DNA of 64,000 bases, taken from contig NC_083279.1 of NCBI RefSeq assembly GCF_963506605.1, positions 5,084,001-5,148,000 of the forward strand. Direction: 5' to 3'. The position numbers and the translations under genes were made by a program. Positions 1-12,829 of the stretch are shown here, piece after piece. The notes below the pieces were generated by a model. The model ran no database searches. It worked only from the letters and a program-made list of their open reading frames with translations, and had not been told where the DNA came from. Position 1 is the stretch's first letter. Every line of letters begins with the position of its first letter. The DNA comes from Zootoca vivipara (lineage: Eukaryota).

Positions 1-114
1 ATGCCAGTTCCCTAATCCAGCAGGTTCATCTTAACGTTCTTATGTTCTTTGAAACCAAATTTAAAAATATATATATTTCCACACAATTTGGAGCAAAGTG
101 TATATATTCTAGGG

Positions 115-243
115 CAGGCATCCCCAAACTTGGCCCTCCAGATGTTTTTGGACTACAACTCCCATCATCCCTAGCTAACAGGACCAGTGGTCAGGATGAT
201 GGGAATTGTAGTCCGAAAACATCCCCGAGTTTGGGGATGCCTG
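115..243. mobile_element. hAT-family MITE (URR1-like), internally deleted copy
   Basis: TIRs caggcatccccaaact / agtttggggatgcctg; perfect 8-bp TSD ttctaggg at 107-114 and 244-251; palindromic interior. Confidence 0.9.
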
Positions 244-288
244 TTCTAGGGCAATATGCAACAATGCAGTAAAGTACAGCTGCATGTA

Positions 289-523
289 CCCTGTTTCTCA
301 TATTTTAAGACATACCCATAAAATAAGCCATAGCAGGATTTTTAAGCATTCAAGGAATATAAGTCATACCCCGAAAATAAGACATAGTGATAGGCGTAGC
401 AGCAATGCCGGCCACGGCAGGAGGAGGAGGAAAAAAATAAGACATCCCTTGAAAATAAGCCATAGTGTGTTTTTTTGAGGAAAAAATAAATATAAGACAT
501 GTCTTATAATATGAGAAACACGG
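289..523. mobile_element. Tc1/mariner-superfamily (pogo/Tc2-like) MITE
   Basis: 24-bp TIRs ccctgtttctcatattttaagaca / tgtcttataatatgagaaacacgg (2 mismatches); TA at both flanks (287-288, 524-525); internal aaaataagaca/aaaataagcca repeats. Confidence 0.85.
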
Positions 524-1989
524 TATTTATTAGGGAATTTTAAATTACAAAAGAACCAAAAACAAGTTCTCTCCAACAGTATTAAAAGTTTTGAAGAGAT
601 AACATTTATGAATATAAGTGAAGGTCTTCATATCAACGGGCGAATCATTTATTCTGCTCTAATTGAAGCACTTGGAGAATGGGTTGGAGGGATTAAAGTT
701 TCTTGAAGTAATAATCCTCAGTAAGAGGCAAATAACTGCATTTTCTGCAATACACACAGTAGATGATGCAATAGTCTCTGCACATCGTTAAAGCTCCTAC
801 TTCAGAGAATGCAATTTTACCTAGCATCTTTTATACGAAAGCCTTAATAAGCCCTTCAAGTTTGTACTCTGACCTTTCTTCATGTTTTTCCACAATGGTT
901 TCTTTTGTTTCATTTCATTTCTGGAACAGTGATCCAAATGAGATAGCAATTTGTCCGAAAATTTTGGCTTAGTAATAAGATACTCCATTTATTGGAGTTG
1001 GAAGAGATCTAGTTTGCCCTCTGATTATTCCATCACCTGCATTTTTAAGGGTATTTGGTTCTGCTGAATAACTTGATTCTCCATGATATGTCTTTTAAAA
1101 TGAAATGGTGCAAAAGTACATAATTAACATTCTATTGTAGCCCCTCGCTATTATTTCTGTCCTTTTCAAGTCATGCCGTCCGCTCATCATTTGTTATGTT
1201 TTCAAACATTTGTTCGGCTCATTATGAAGAGCAGGGGGAGGGAGGAAGTAATTGTGTTGCATTCTTTTTTTCCTGTGGGGGAAAAGACATTAATAAGTAA
1301 AAGTTTGATGGCCTGAAGTTGATTTTGCTACAAAAAGGCAGAAACTCAAAGCCAAAAGGGTCTGTAATTTTGCATATAGTTATGCAAATATTCCTTGCTG
1401 ACGGAGTCCCAATCCTCACATTGCAGTTTTTATGTGATTGCTGACAAAAATGTCAGGGTTCTGGGGAGAGAAATACCACACTTGCAGTGAGTGTGTGAAT
1501 CAGAGTGTCAAGGAAGAATCATATAATTCATCTCTATTATAGTGATGCACTCCTTTGGCTTCCACTGACACTAGTACAGTTCATGATATGGCTAAGACCT
1601 AACGCTCTCTAACAATAAGCCCCCACATGTTCTCTGCAGATAAATTGCCCATCAAATCCTTTTGGTTCTCCAACCACTAAGAAATGACTATGATTAAAGC
1701 GGTATACTAATTGTTGAAATGAAATAAATGAATAAACCCTAGTTGTGACAATGTTCCACAATGTTACAGTGAATACCCGGGTTTTCACTTCTCTGTTTTC
1801 ATTCTATTCAGGAAAGGAACTCCTCACAATCCAGCTCTCATTTCTTGCATAACCCTCTGAATTTGAAACATCTAGTGTTTTGCATGTCAACTGTCCCACT
1901 TCCTGGTTTTTGCCAGGTAAGCTGGTTCTCTGAGACTCTGCCCTCGTATTTCTACACTAGGCACTGCTCCACTTTTTTAGCCTCTAGAC

Positions 1990-2125
1990 CAGGCACCCCC
2001 AAACTTCGGCCCTCCAGATGTTTTGGACTACAATTCCCATCTTCCCCGACCACTGGTCCGGTTAGCATGGGATCATGGGAGTTGTAGGCCAAAACATCTG
2101 GAGGGCCGCAGTTTGGGGGTGCCTG
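1990..2125. mobile_element. hAT-family MITE (URR1-like), complete
   Basis: TIRs caggcacccccaaact / agtttgggggtgcctg; 8-bp TSD ctctagac at 1982-1989 and 2126-2133. Confidence 0.92.
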
Positions 2126-2683
2126 CTCTAGACTCTTACCTTCATATTGCCACCGAACTAAGTATGGCCCAGGTAGCTTTTATAATGTGTAAATACTGCA
2201 TCAATCATTTTACTTTTCTATACTTCTGTATCAGCAGAAGCCTTTTTATTCCTTAAGTCACTTATTTGGCAAATTAATTATAACAACATTGTGATCATTG
2301 TTAATTCCCTGGAGCAACATTCACAATGGCATTTATGGGTCATTTAAATTAAAATTATCCAATGCAAGCGAAGTAATTAAGTCTATTGCAATAAGGCCTG
2401 TGGTGTGTAATCATCACCACTAGAGAGCCCCAAAATAATATTCCAAATTCCATGGATACATGTGAAAGATATGATTTCACAGGGACAAAAGCAGTTCCGG
2501 CAACAATAGGCGCCCAATTCCTCCCTCCGGAAAACCTGCCAAAATCACTCTGGAAGACAGGAGCAATTGCCATAGTTGCTGTAGAGCTGTACCTCAGGAC
2601 AAGGGAAAGAAAGAGTTAATGTCAGGAACAGGAGAAATATGTGCTTTCCGAAAGAACCCAGAAAAGGAATAAGCTCACCTGAG

Positions 2684-2685
<2 letters not shown>

Positions 2686-2726
<41 letters not shown>
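2686..2726. repeat. (GT)n microsatellite
   Basis: about 20 perfect GT units. Confidence 0.98.
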
Positions 2727-2730
<4 letters not shown>

Positions 2731-2866
2731 TCCCTGGTGTTCCACACTATAGTTAAATGGAAGCTACAGGGTCAAATCCCATAAAACACTCTTTACATAA
2801 TTAACATTCTGCCATGAATGCTACGGGGTACAAACCATTTCTTGAGTTGATGACATTAACAAACAA

Positions 2867-3616
2867 AATCACAGAATCATAGAGTTGGAAGAGACCACAA
2901 GGGCCATCCAGTCCAACCCCCTGCCAAGCAGGAAACACCATCAGAGCATTCTTGACATATGCCTGTCAAGCCTCTGCTTAAAGACCTCCAAATAAGGAGA
3001 CTCCACCACACTCCTTGGTAGCAAATTCCACTGCCGAACAGCTCTTACTGTCAGGAAGTTCTTCCTAATGTTGAGGTGGAATCTTCTTTCTTGTAGTTTG
3101 AATCCATTGCTCCGTGTCCGCTTCTCTGGAGCAGCAGAAAACAACCTTTCTCCCTCCTCTATATGACATCCTTTTATATATTTGAACATGGCTATCATAT
3201 CACCCCTTAACCTTCTCTTCTCCAGGCTAAACATACCCAGCTCCCTAAGCCGTTCCTCATAAGGCATCGTTTCCAGGCCTTTGACCATTTTGGTTGCCCT
3301 CCTCTGGACATGTTCCAGCTTGTCAGTATCCTTCTTGAACTGTGGTGCCCAGAACTGGACACAGTACTCCAGGTGAGGTCTGACCAGAGCAGAATACAGT
3401 GGTACTATTACTTCCCTAGATCTAGATGCTATACTCCTATTGATGCAGCCCAGAATTGCATTGGCTTTTTTAGCTGCTGCATCACACTGTTGACTCATGT
3501 CAAGTTTGTGGTCTACCAAGACTCCTAGATCCTTTTCACATGTGTTGCTCTCAAGCCAGGTGTCTCCCATCCTGTATTTGTGCCTTTCCTTTTTTTTTGC
3601 CCAAGTGTAGTACTTT
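2867..3616 (-). mobile_element. CR1 LINE, 5'-truncated, young copy
   Basis: Uninterrupted ORF 2941-3570 ([12 protein letters not shown]...[19 protein letters not shown]...RRLRGDMI) is the CR1 ORF2 RT C-terminus; (ATTCTRTG)-type 3' tail on the minus strand at ~2867-2882. Confidence 0.95.
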
Positions 3617-4295
3617 ATAAAATCTTTGCCATAACCTGGATTGTTGCTTAGAAACTGCCCTAATATTGGGATAACACAATAGGAATGTTAACTTCCCTTT
3701 GTTGAGCAATAGTTGCACATGTAAGTTTACCAAAATAAAACTAAAAAATAAAATATCTTCCTTTGTGTTTCCACAAAGTAAAGAAGCCATCAAGCACTCC
3801 TTAGAGGTTGGTGGGGGCATGTAAGTTCTGGCCCACACCTGGCAAACAATATTTTATTTTATTTAGTTATATACAGAATATGCATATAGTGTTACCCAAG
3901 GCCATCATAAAAATTCATAAAATAACTAAAATATTAATGTAAAACATCAACAGGAAAACAGTTTGTACTTTTAAAAAAACAAGAGAAGCAAACTCAACTT
4001 AATGAGGAACTATTTCTTTATTTTAAAGCTCTCTGGAGGATCTAGACCCAAAAAACATTAACTGGTACATTCAAAATAGCAAAATACTTTTCTCAGGCTT
4101 TTTTCCACATGCAGATCAATCTTGCGTGCTTGTGATGACTGCTGCTTAAAAGCAGTGTGTATATTAACAAACTGAAATGCATAACCGCTTGGACTCGCGG
4201 GTGCTGGCAGGAAGCATTCTGCCATAAAATATTATTGCTGAACAATGTAGTATGACCCAGCAGTAAGATTAGGATGGCAACAACCATTTAAAGCC

Positions 4296-4296
<1 letters not shown>

Positions 4297-4330
<34 letters not shown>
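4297..4330. repeat. (TTA)n microsatellite, probably a LINE tail
   Basis: about 11 TTA units followed by A-rich, L2-tail-like sequence. Confidence 0.9.
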
Positions 4331-4333
<3 letters not shown>

Positions 4334-4625
4334 TTCTTCATAGGAAAAAAAAAACCTCAGAAAAGTTTATACATTATAAGAGTGAAATATAATAAAAAAA
4401 CATCAAGTTGACCAATACAGTTAAAACCGGCCAATATAGTCAATATGTAGAAAGGACAAGAGGAGCAAACCCTGGCTTGCCTGCTCATGGTTTGTCTGGA
4501 GAAAGCAAAGCCATAAGGCATGGCTTAGTTCAGCACAGCAGCAGAGCAGAGCTACCACAGGGGGAGCAAAGTAGCCATTGCCTCCCCAATGTTGGAGCCC
4601 CATGTTTGTGTTAAGCCATGGTTTA

Positions 4626-5036
4626 CAGTGGAACCTCGGTTTATGAACACCTCGGTTTACGAATTTTCAGTTTACGAATGCCGTGGACCCATTTGGAACG
4701 GATTAATTCACTTTCCGTTACCTTCAATGGGAAAGTTCGCTTCAGTTTATGAAGGCTTCAGTTTATGAACAAACTTCCGGAACCAATTACACCCATGCTT
4801 TGGGTTAAGTGCGCTTCAGGTTGAGTACTCCGCGGACCTGTCTGGAACGGATTAATCCACTTTCCATTACTTTCAATGGGAAAGTTCGCTTCAGTTTATG
4901 AACGCTTCAGTTTAAGTACTCCGCGGACCGTCTGGAACAGATTAATTCACTTTCCATTACTTTCAATGGGAAAGTTTGCTTCAGTTTATGAACAGACTTC
5001 CGGAACCAATTGTGTTCATAAACCGAGGTACCACTG
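4626..5036. mobile_element. Tigger/pogo-like MITE with internal ~72-bp repeats
   Basis: TIRs cagtggaacctcggtttatgaac / gttcataaaccgaggtaccactg; TA TSDs at 4624-4625 and 5037-5038; three copies of ggaacggattaat.cactttccattactttcaatgggaaagttcgcttcagtttatgaa. Confidence 0.9.
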
Positions 5037-5201
5037 TATCTTAGTGCAACACACAAACTGGGCCCATGACTTGGCCCCTGTAATTCATGAAATAAGAATA
5101 ATAATAGTAATAATAATAGCTACTTAAATGCTAGATTGTGTGAATGATATACCCTAGCATGTGGAGAGGAAGTACACATATCTGAAGTTCGTGTAGGATA
5201 G

Positions 5202-5204
<3 letters not shown>

Positions 5205-5240
<36 letters not shown>
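5205..5240. repeat. (TG)n microsatellite
   Basis: 18 TG units. Confidence 0.98.
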
Positions 5241-5241
<1 letters not shown>

Positions 5242-6529
5242 TTATGAAGTTTTCTGGTGCTGCCTCATTTGTTTCCTGTTGCCACTCAGGTTAAAAGAAA
5301 CGGACAGATTGTAAAAGTCTGCCAAGAAAAGGAAAACCAGCCAACAAACAAAAAACAGGGACAATGAAACATGAAATGAGATCATGAGAAGTGCAATGTC
5401 CAGACACAAGCAGAAGGGACCTTTGCGAATTTTATGCTTTTCATAGATCAGATTTTTTTGGAGCAAAAGGGGAGAATGAGGCCCTCAGGCGCAGAAATGA
5501 AGGCAGGTGTTTCCTCAACAGGGAGCAAGCAACTACCTCCAGAATTACCCCTGTCTGTATAACCATATGTTGTATTGCTGGCAATTGCAAACTTCATATA
5601 GGGAATAACAACAAATGCGCTAGCTTGAGGATGAATTAGAATAGGTCAAATAGACGGTCCATGGAGCCCAAATGAAAACTGACAGTCTTTTGTTTCATTG
5701 AATTGGAAAGCCGTCAGTTTGTTCCCATGCTACTTGTTATAGCCAGAAGACAGCCAGACAAGATGTGGTAGTGGATAATTTTCAAACATATATAAATGCA
5801 GGCTGTTAGAAGCACAACATCTATAGTACGTCTTGCCTTGACATCATCTTGCAAAATGTGACCACTGTATCAAATTCAGTTTAAGAGCCTGGGTTGTAGC
5901 AGGGGAGCCCTGAAAAATAAGGAGATAATGAAAAGGTTGGCAGTTACGTTTTAATACCCAGACATTTTTCAGATTTGTTCAGAATAAAAGGGGGAGGAAG
6001 CCTTCTCAGCAGCAAAAAGCACAATGCCAAATTTATCCATGTTAAAGGTCTTGGCAAACTTGATATCTGGTTAAAAATCAGCCAGGGTAGTTTTATAAGC
6101 TACTTGAAGCATGCTAATTCTACAGAAACAGTCTTGTTCGTGATTAATCCAATTAGTACAATGTTCATTATGTATTTGCTCACCGCCATTTGTGATATTC
6201 TCGCCAGTTTTTAATCACCTCTTTGCCTAACTTTCCCTGAAATGATGCTGAACAAACAATAGTCATTCATATCTAATGAGTCTAATTAATAGAGCTGTAA
6301 TGACAAAACATTAGATGTATGGATACTCTCATTGTTCATATTATAAAAGCCTCTAAATTAGCAAACCTGAGGATAGCAGAGGAATGAAAAGGATAAGGTG
6401 ATAAATATGACATACACAAAGGAATATGGTAAAGGGGCAAATTATGGGGGTGCCGCAGGCTAAAGCTCTCAGGAAAATTCACTATGGGGATTGCTTTGAC
6501 AATTGTCTATGTTGATTCATTTTTCTAAA

Positions 6530-6724
6530 TGGCCTCGTTTGCACACAACAGCAAGCCATAGTTAACATTATTAAACCAAGATTAACCATGTTTAGCAGCT
6601 TAACTATTGAATGTTTACTACCAATGAACGATAACCTGAAGCCATGGTTTGTTGTTGGCTTAGCAAACTTGATTTAAAAATGGCCTGATATGGCATGGAA
6701 ACCAAACACCTTTTCCTGCATAGG

Positions 6725-6760
<36 letters not shown>

Positions 6761-6915
6761 TGGCCACCCACCCTAGACACTCACTAAACTATAAAGGCAT
6801 AAGGCACGTGCAGCTGGAGAAACAAGTCATGGTTTGATTGCCTGTGGGACAACTGATGGTTAATTCATGGTTTGATAAACAAACCAAAGTTTAGCATTAT
6901 GTGTGAATCGGGCCA
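6530..6915. mobile_element. Old MITE (possibly Harbinger-like) containing a (GTT)n tract
   Basis: Degenerate inverted ends tggcctcgtttgcacac / gtgtgaatcgggcca; internal catggttt-type repeats; (GTT)12 at 6724-6759. Confidence 0.5.
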
Positions 6916-7361
6916 ATATAGGATTTTTCAGACTGAGGATGAAATCCATGAAATACCATGACCTTCTGTAAGTGGATTGAAGCTTCTGTAAGTGGAGTTC
7001 TGAAGCTCATCAATCTGAAGTTCATCTGCCAACTACACACCTTAACATTTCATCAGACATTGCTCAAGATCAGCCCCTGAATTTGGGGGTTGGCTTTATA
7101 GGCAGCGCAGTGAGTAGGTTGGGTAAAGCAGGATTATGTCCTCAAGAAGCTTAAGTGTCTGAACAGAACTCATTTCCATTCTGTACTTTAATATATATTC
7201 TATTTTATTCTTTTTTAACCCTTTATATATAGTATAGTAGTAGTATTTTGATATATTTTCTTGTAAATAGGTATTTTGGTCAATGCTGTTCTTCAATATT
7301 GTATCACTGTATGTCATCATCATCATCATCATTTTTCTGTAGTTGATATGACCATGATGGT

Positions 7362-7406
7362 TGTTTTGGTCTGTGACCATTTAATAAAATTTAATTTGAT
7401 TTGATT
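7362..7406 (+). mobile_element. Extremely 5'-truncated LINE 3' end (RTE-X-like tail)
   Basis: ggtctgtgacc hairpin + aataaa + (tttga)n tail; 13-bp TSD tgaccatgatggt at 7349-7361 and 7407-7419. Confidence 0.65.
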
Positions 7407-9379
7407 TGACCATGATGGTCAAAACAACAAACACATCCATTCTGTTACACAACAACAACACCATGTGATTGATTCGATGATAGCAGGTAGATATAGAACT
7501 TAACCACAGCAAATCAAAGATTTACATTAGCATTTTAAGTATTGTTGAAAATCACACAACTTTACTGATGATTCTTCAGCACTACTTGCAAAAAATGTTG
7601 TGCTTATTCATTGAAATTGGTCTCAGGTTCAACTGCCTTCACATGACACCATCACATAGCCAAATCTGATTTGCTGCATAGAATTGTGAAGCCATTCTAT
7701 TCATTGCAGGATCTTTGACTGAGTGGGTTCACCTATGTGACAAGTCCAGAATGCATTGCTCTCATCCCCAGTGACATTTTCATGTAGTTAATTCTGCTTG
7801 CCCATTGTACTGTTGTAACATCATCCCTTAAGTATGTTATCCCTTATTGCCACAACAGAGAAAGAAACAGTAGGGTTGTTGTTTTGTTCTCGTTCTTGGT
7901 TTGATTATGTATTTTGTGGTTTTATGTTGTATGCTTATGTTGTTAACCACCCTAAGATCTACGGATGAAGTACAGTAAAATAATGAATGAATGAAATGGT
8001 GCCAGAGCTAAGGGGGGAAATGGCACCAACCAGCATCATAAGAAGATGGGTGTGTTTTCCAGGGGAAAAATGTCTACCCAACCAAAATAAACATTTTCTG
8101 TTGAAAATTGAAAGAGGGGGACAGTCAGGGCTGGGTGAATACAAGATCAGGGTTGGAAGTACAATATTTGCGCATTAAGTTTGAATATGAAGGTGGAACA
8201 TTTTCCTTCTGAACCTACAATTGATAAACTGCCCCCTGTACCACCATGGTGCAATGGAATGGTGTACCTTTTAAAATGAAGGCTGAGTCTCTCCCTTGCC
8301 CCCTCTTCTGTTGTTTTGCCTTCCAGCTAAGAATTCTGAAGCAGAGACTGAGGGTCATAATGATACCTGAATGAAATGTATCCCTATAAGTCAGCGCTTT
8401 AAATGCACTCTGTGAAAAGCAACATTCCTCTGTAACACATTTTATTTCTCTGTATCCACATTTGAAATACATTATCCCCTTGGGGTTCTTAACACCTGTA
8501 TTAGGTCTAAGGTTTACTTTAAAGTAAATGGAAAATGTGATAGGTGTGATCATATAAAAAAGTCTTGCGGAGACACACAGCCTATATATAACAAGTGTGC
8601 TTTATTGCTTCGCATTACTTCAATATACTTGGTAAAAAGGAATCCTTTGGAATTTTATGATACACATAATGTTCAGGAAAGGTTCGAGTAGACAATATCT
8701 GTACTTCACAGAACTATTTGATAAATAAAAGAGTGTATTTCCCTCCATGTTTCTCCAGTAATTGGACAGCAGTGTACATAATATTTCAGAGATTCCAAAT
8801 GCTTTTTCAGTGTGTCTTCCACAATAGGCAATGCTGTAGCGTGTGTCTTTCCTATGCTACTGCAACAATGGCAGAAGCTCTAGGTCACATAGGAGAAGCA
8901 GGCAGCAACACACCCACCCAATAAGACAATGCTGGTATGGAAAAAGCCATGTTATGGACCCTTCCCATGTGACCTAAAACATTCTAAATGACTTTGTGCC
9001 AGGGGAAGGACATATGCTGTTAATTTCATCTCAGGCAAGCGCAACACATTTAACATGCCCACTGCAGAGAAATAGGAGCATTGCCCAAATCACACAGAAA
9101 AGGCAAGAATCTGCTTGTCATTTAAGAAGATGAGCCATGCTTAAAATTAAACCGGTGTAGCTGCTATTTCCCAAGACATTGTAGTGCAGATAGTCCCATT
9201 TTGATCACCACTCTTTCATGTACTACACCCAGCCTTAATAGGTTCTTTTATTTGATTGATAATTACGGCCCTCTGTAGACAGATGAAATGAACGATAGGA
9301 GAACAGTGGAGATGATATCACCTGATGTGATGGTGGTGCGGAATAGTGCCTTGCAAGCCACACACTAATGCCATGATCC

Positions 9380-9657
9380 TACCGCATCTTGTACGCCTCC
9401 TTCTGGCTTCTCCTGCAGCCAAGCTGGTGCCACATGTATTGCTCTGTTTTACTTTGTACCACATTGGTGAGGCTGAGAGGAGGGTCTTGTCATCTGGACA
9501 GCCCAGGACTTCCATACACACTGCCCAGGCTTGTGCCCCAGGAAGGTCACTTTGGTACTGTTAATGCAACAAAAGCAACGTGGGAAGCAGCAGTTATGAG
9601 TTACCGGCCCCAGAAGCTCACTCCATTGTTTCTCAAGGCAGAAGAGTGCTAACAACC
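9380..9657 (+). mobile_element. RTE-tailed non-autonomous retroposon fragment
   Basis: Ends in ccattgtttctcaaggcagaagagtgctaacaac, resembling the reverse complement of the RTE 3' ends at 26764 and 36406. Confidence 0.5.
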
Positions 9658-9696
9658 GGATCCTACACCACTTTCCTGGGAGCAAATTCCATTCTC

Positions 9697-10116
9697 CTAA
9701 GAGACCTACACTGGCTCCCAGTACGTTTCCGAGCACAATTCAAAGTGCTGGTACTGACCTTTAAAGCCTGAAGGAGCATCTCCACCCCCATTGTTCAGCC
9801 CAGACACTGAGATCCAGCGCCGAGGGCCTTCTGGCGGTTCCCTCACTACGAGAAGCAAAGCTACAGGGAACCAGGCAAAGGGCCTTCTCGGTAGTGGCGC
9901 CTGCCCTGTGGAACGCCCTTCCATCGGAGCTCAGGGAGATGAACAACTACCTGACATTCAGAAAACACCTAAAGGCAGCCCTGTTTAGGGAAGTTTTTAA
10001 TCTGTGATACTTTAATGTATTTTTATATTTGTTAGAAGCTGCCCAGAGTGGCCGGGGAAACCCAGCCAGATGGGTGGGGTATAAATAATAATAAATAATA
10101 AATAATAATAATAATT
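9697..10116 (+). mobile_element. L2 LINE 3' end, internally deleted
   Basis: LRDLHWLPVRFRAQFKVLVLTFKA motif; RAFSVVAPALWNALP-type segment; gcccagag...gggtggggtataaat(aat)n tail. Confidence 0.9.
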
Positions 10117-12026
10117 AATTAAAATAATTCAACTCACTGGGATTCATATCTGAGAAGACATATATAGGCTTGAACTGTCAATGTAAAAAAAATATACAGC
10201 ACACGTTAAAAACAGATTATCTCTTCCACATATAGTAACACAGTAATATATTTCTGTACCATAACATGGGACACTACACTGCATTTAAGCCCATAATTAT
10301 ATAATGTTGATTTCTCACCATTTGATGTGTTATATGTTTCCACCACAAGTGTCTTTAGGGACATATCATTATATCAGAGCATGTCAATGCATCTACCGGT
10401 AGTTTTGTTTCCTTTCTATATGATGAGAGGGGATGAGGAAAATACATTTCAGTAATACAAGTAGAGCCTTCTGAATTTATTCTAGCACTACAGAGGATTT
10501 ATTATTTCCTTAAATTGAATCCTAATGAAATTATACATCCATGCGGTGGGGGAGGGGAGGGAAACCAACAATTATTATACAAAGTTAAATATTCCTCTGT
10601 TTAATTTGCATCTTGAGAACAAAATGTTCAAAAGAAGTCAAAACGCCTGCAGCTATCCAAACCTTCTCTTTCTATTTACAGAATCTTTTTGACCGAACTC
10701 TCTCTATGCTAATTTCCTTACCATTCCAGTCAAAAGGGGGCACAATTATGGTTGAAAATAAATTCCTTTCCAGTCCCTTTAAAAAATGCTGCATGAATAT
10801 GAAATAGAATTATAATTAAACTTTCCATAGGGCATTGCCATTAGTTGTTGTCTGTCTGATGCTGTTTGGGCTTTTACTTCTACACAGAAAGTTACACACA
10901 CACAAACACCAGCTCACCATTTCAATTATTATGGCACCCAAGGCCATAATATGTTGGACAATATTAAGAGAAAATTAAAGTGAATCTTTGCCCAAAGACG
11001 TTAGCATTAAAGCTCTCTCTTTCATAAGGTATTGAGCTTGTTTCTCCTCCGTCTTTAATTGAGGTCATGGTTGTACATGATACCTGTCCTACTTCTGTTC
11101 TGCCAGACCAAATCCAGCTCATAACCCATGAATGGTGGCCCTTCCACCTGCCTGGGCCTGCAAAAAGAGAGGAGTGTCAAGCAATTGGCTGGCCACAGTG
11201 AACAGTTGGTGTGTTGCATTTGACTTGGCAGGTAACACCTGTACAGGTGAATTGTGTTTAAAAGGTAGAATTGATACATCTACGACCTGAACCACCAACT
11301 CTTTAAAATCAAGTTTGCACCCAAAAAAAAGAGGGCTGGCAAGGCTTTGATCTCCAGGCAGGCTGCTACATAAAACAAAACAAAAGCTTTAGTGCACAAT
11401 TTGGGTTTTGCACCTTTGTTTTCTAAATAAAAAATACCACCAAATCAGCGTAAGTAGTTTGAGGAATTATATTAGAAAAGCACTTAGTCAGTAAATGATT
11501 AAGTCTCCACTCCACTCCACGCTGCATTCTCTTACTTTTTCCCAACAGAAGAGACATATTTCTATGTAATGTATACAGTAGTTAAATATCTGTAAATGCT
11601 TTTTTTTAAAAGGAACAAATGCATAATAATGAGTCTAGGTAAATAATAATCATTACTAAATACACTACTGGAATATGCAACATTATTGCACAGATTTGTG
11701 AAAGAGTTGTATCTCTAGCTTCCTTTGATAAGTGCCACTGAAATGTGTTGATAATGTCATTATTAGCAATGTCTTTTCTTACACAGTCTGTTTTGATCCT
11801 CCTGATTTGTTTGCTTAAATCTTTGATGTGTTTTCACCCATCCCATCCAGTGCCAACAAGGCCATGGCACATCTTCTCTGACCGCAAAAGTCGGCTCCCA
11901 AACAGAGCCTCAGGTGAGTGAAATGACTGCAGAGGAGTGGGATAAACTAAACAATTGTCACAGCTGTGACTAGGGATAAAACACTTTGCTTAACAACAAA
12001 GCGTGTTCTCCTTCATGGAGAGCATG

Positions 12027-12829
12027 TGTTGCAGTGGGGGCAAACAAGACATCCCTCTGTTGCTGGGCGGGTTAGTTTGGATGGCCACGAATCTTATTGG
12101 GCACCTCTTGGTCGTTGGGGAGAATTTGATGTTGCAATTTATGATTGATGGCCAAGGGGCTATCTATTCCCTGCGCGCAGCATTGAGCTGCTTCTTTTCG
12201 CTGCATGCATCAGATCACCCTCCCACCCTCCCTATATTTAGGGCTGTTCGCGTTGACCTTGCTATGCCTGTCATGGGTCTGCTTTGGGGCAGGAGCCTGG
12301 TAGGAATTTTTCCATTTGGCTGATTGGCCGGTGCCTGCCATTTGGTTTTTTTGCCTACTGCGTAGCAAAATCGTCACAACTTGTAAGGTTGCAGTTAGGC
12401 ATTGGTTAAATTTGGTTGGTGGAGGGGATGTGGTTGGCTGTGCCTGCCCCTCCAATGCTGCTGCTGCTGCTGCAAGGGTATTCCATTAAAAGAATCCAGG
12501 GGCTCTCCATGCTCTTGTCCAAACCCCTGTCAAAGGGTTAGGGCCACACAAGAGCCCCTGGGAGCATTTGGGGAGAGGTGAGGGCCTTGCACCCAGCTCT
12601 ATTCTCTCCCCAAAAATGTTTTCTCTTATTGACTTTCACAGGCTTGCGGATGTCAGTTCTGTTCCTACCTCTAGGTGGGAACAGATAGTCACGAACCAAT
12701 GCATAAGCAACCACTCACATTCTGTAATCAATAAAGTTGTGGCCAAAAAATTATGCCAAAACCTTAAGCAATAATTCTGTGTGAATTGTGTTTTATTTGA
12801 GGGTGGCTTGGGGACCTCGACATGCAACA
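12027..12829 (+). mobile_element. Solo terminal repeat of an LTR-like retroelement (probably Ngaro/DIRS tyrosine-recombinase class)
   Basis: About 800 bp; inverted ends tgttgca / tgcaaca; no TSD; caataaagttgtggcc near the 3' end; shares cgtagcaa..cgtcacaacttg with the element at 21747-22549. Confidence 0.6.

Noticed and set aside
1812-1916. 105-nt plus-strand exon-like segment (ttcag|...ccag|gtaagc), open in one frame
   Set aside because: The peptide ERNSSQSSSHFLHNPLNLK... is not recognisable and has no partner exons; such sites arise by chance.
4681-4992. Spaced repeats superficially like a CRISPR array
   Set aside because: Eukaryotic context; repeats lie inside a TIR-bounded MITE and the spacers are not unique.
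6963-6996. Short tandem duplication cttctgtaagtgga (similar ones at ~18470 and ~19950)
   Set aside because: Ordinary slippage products.
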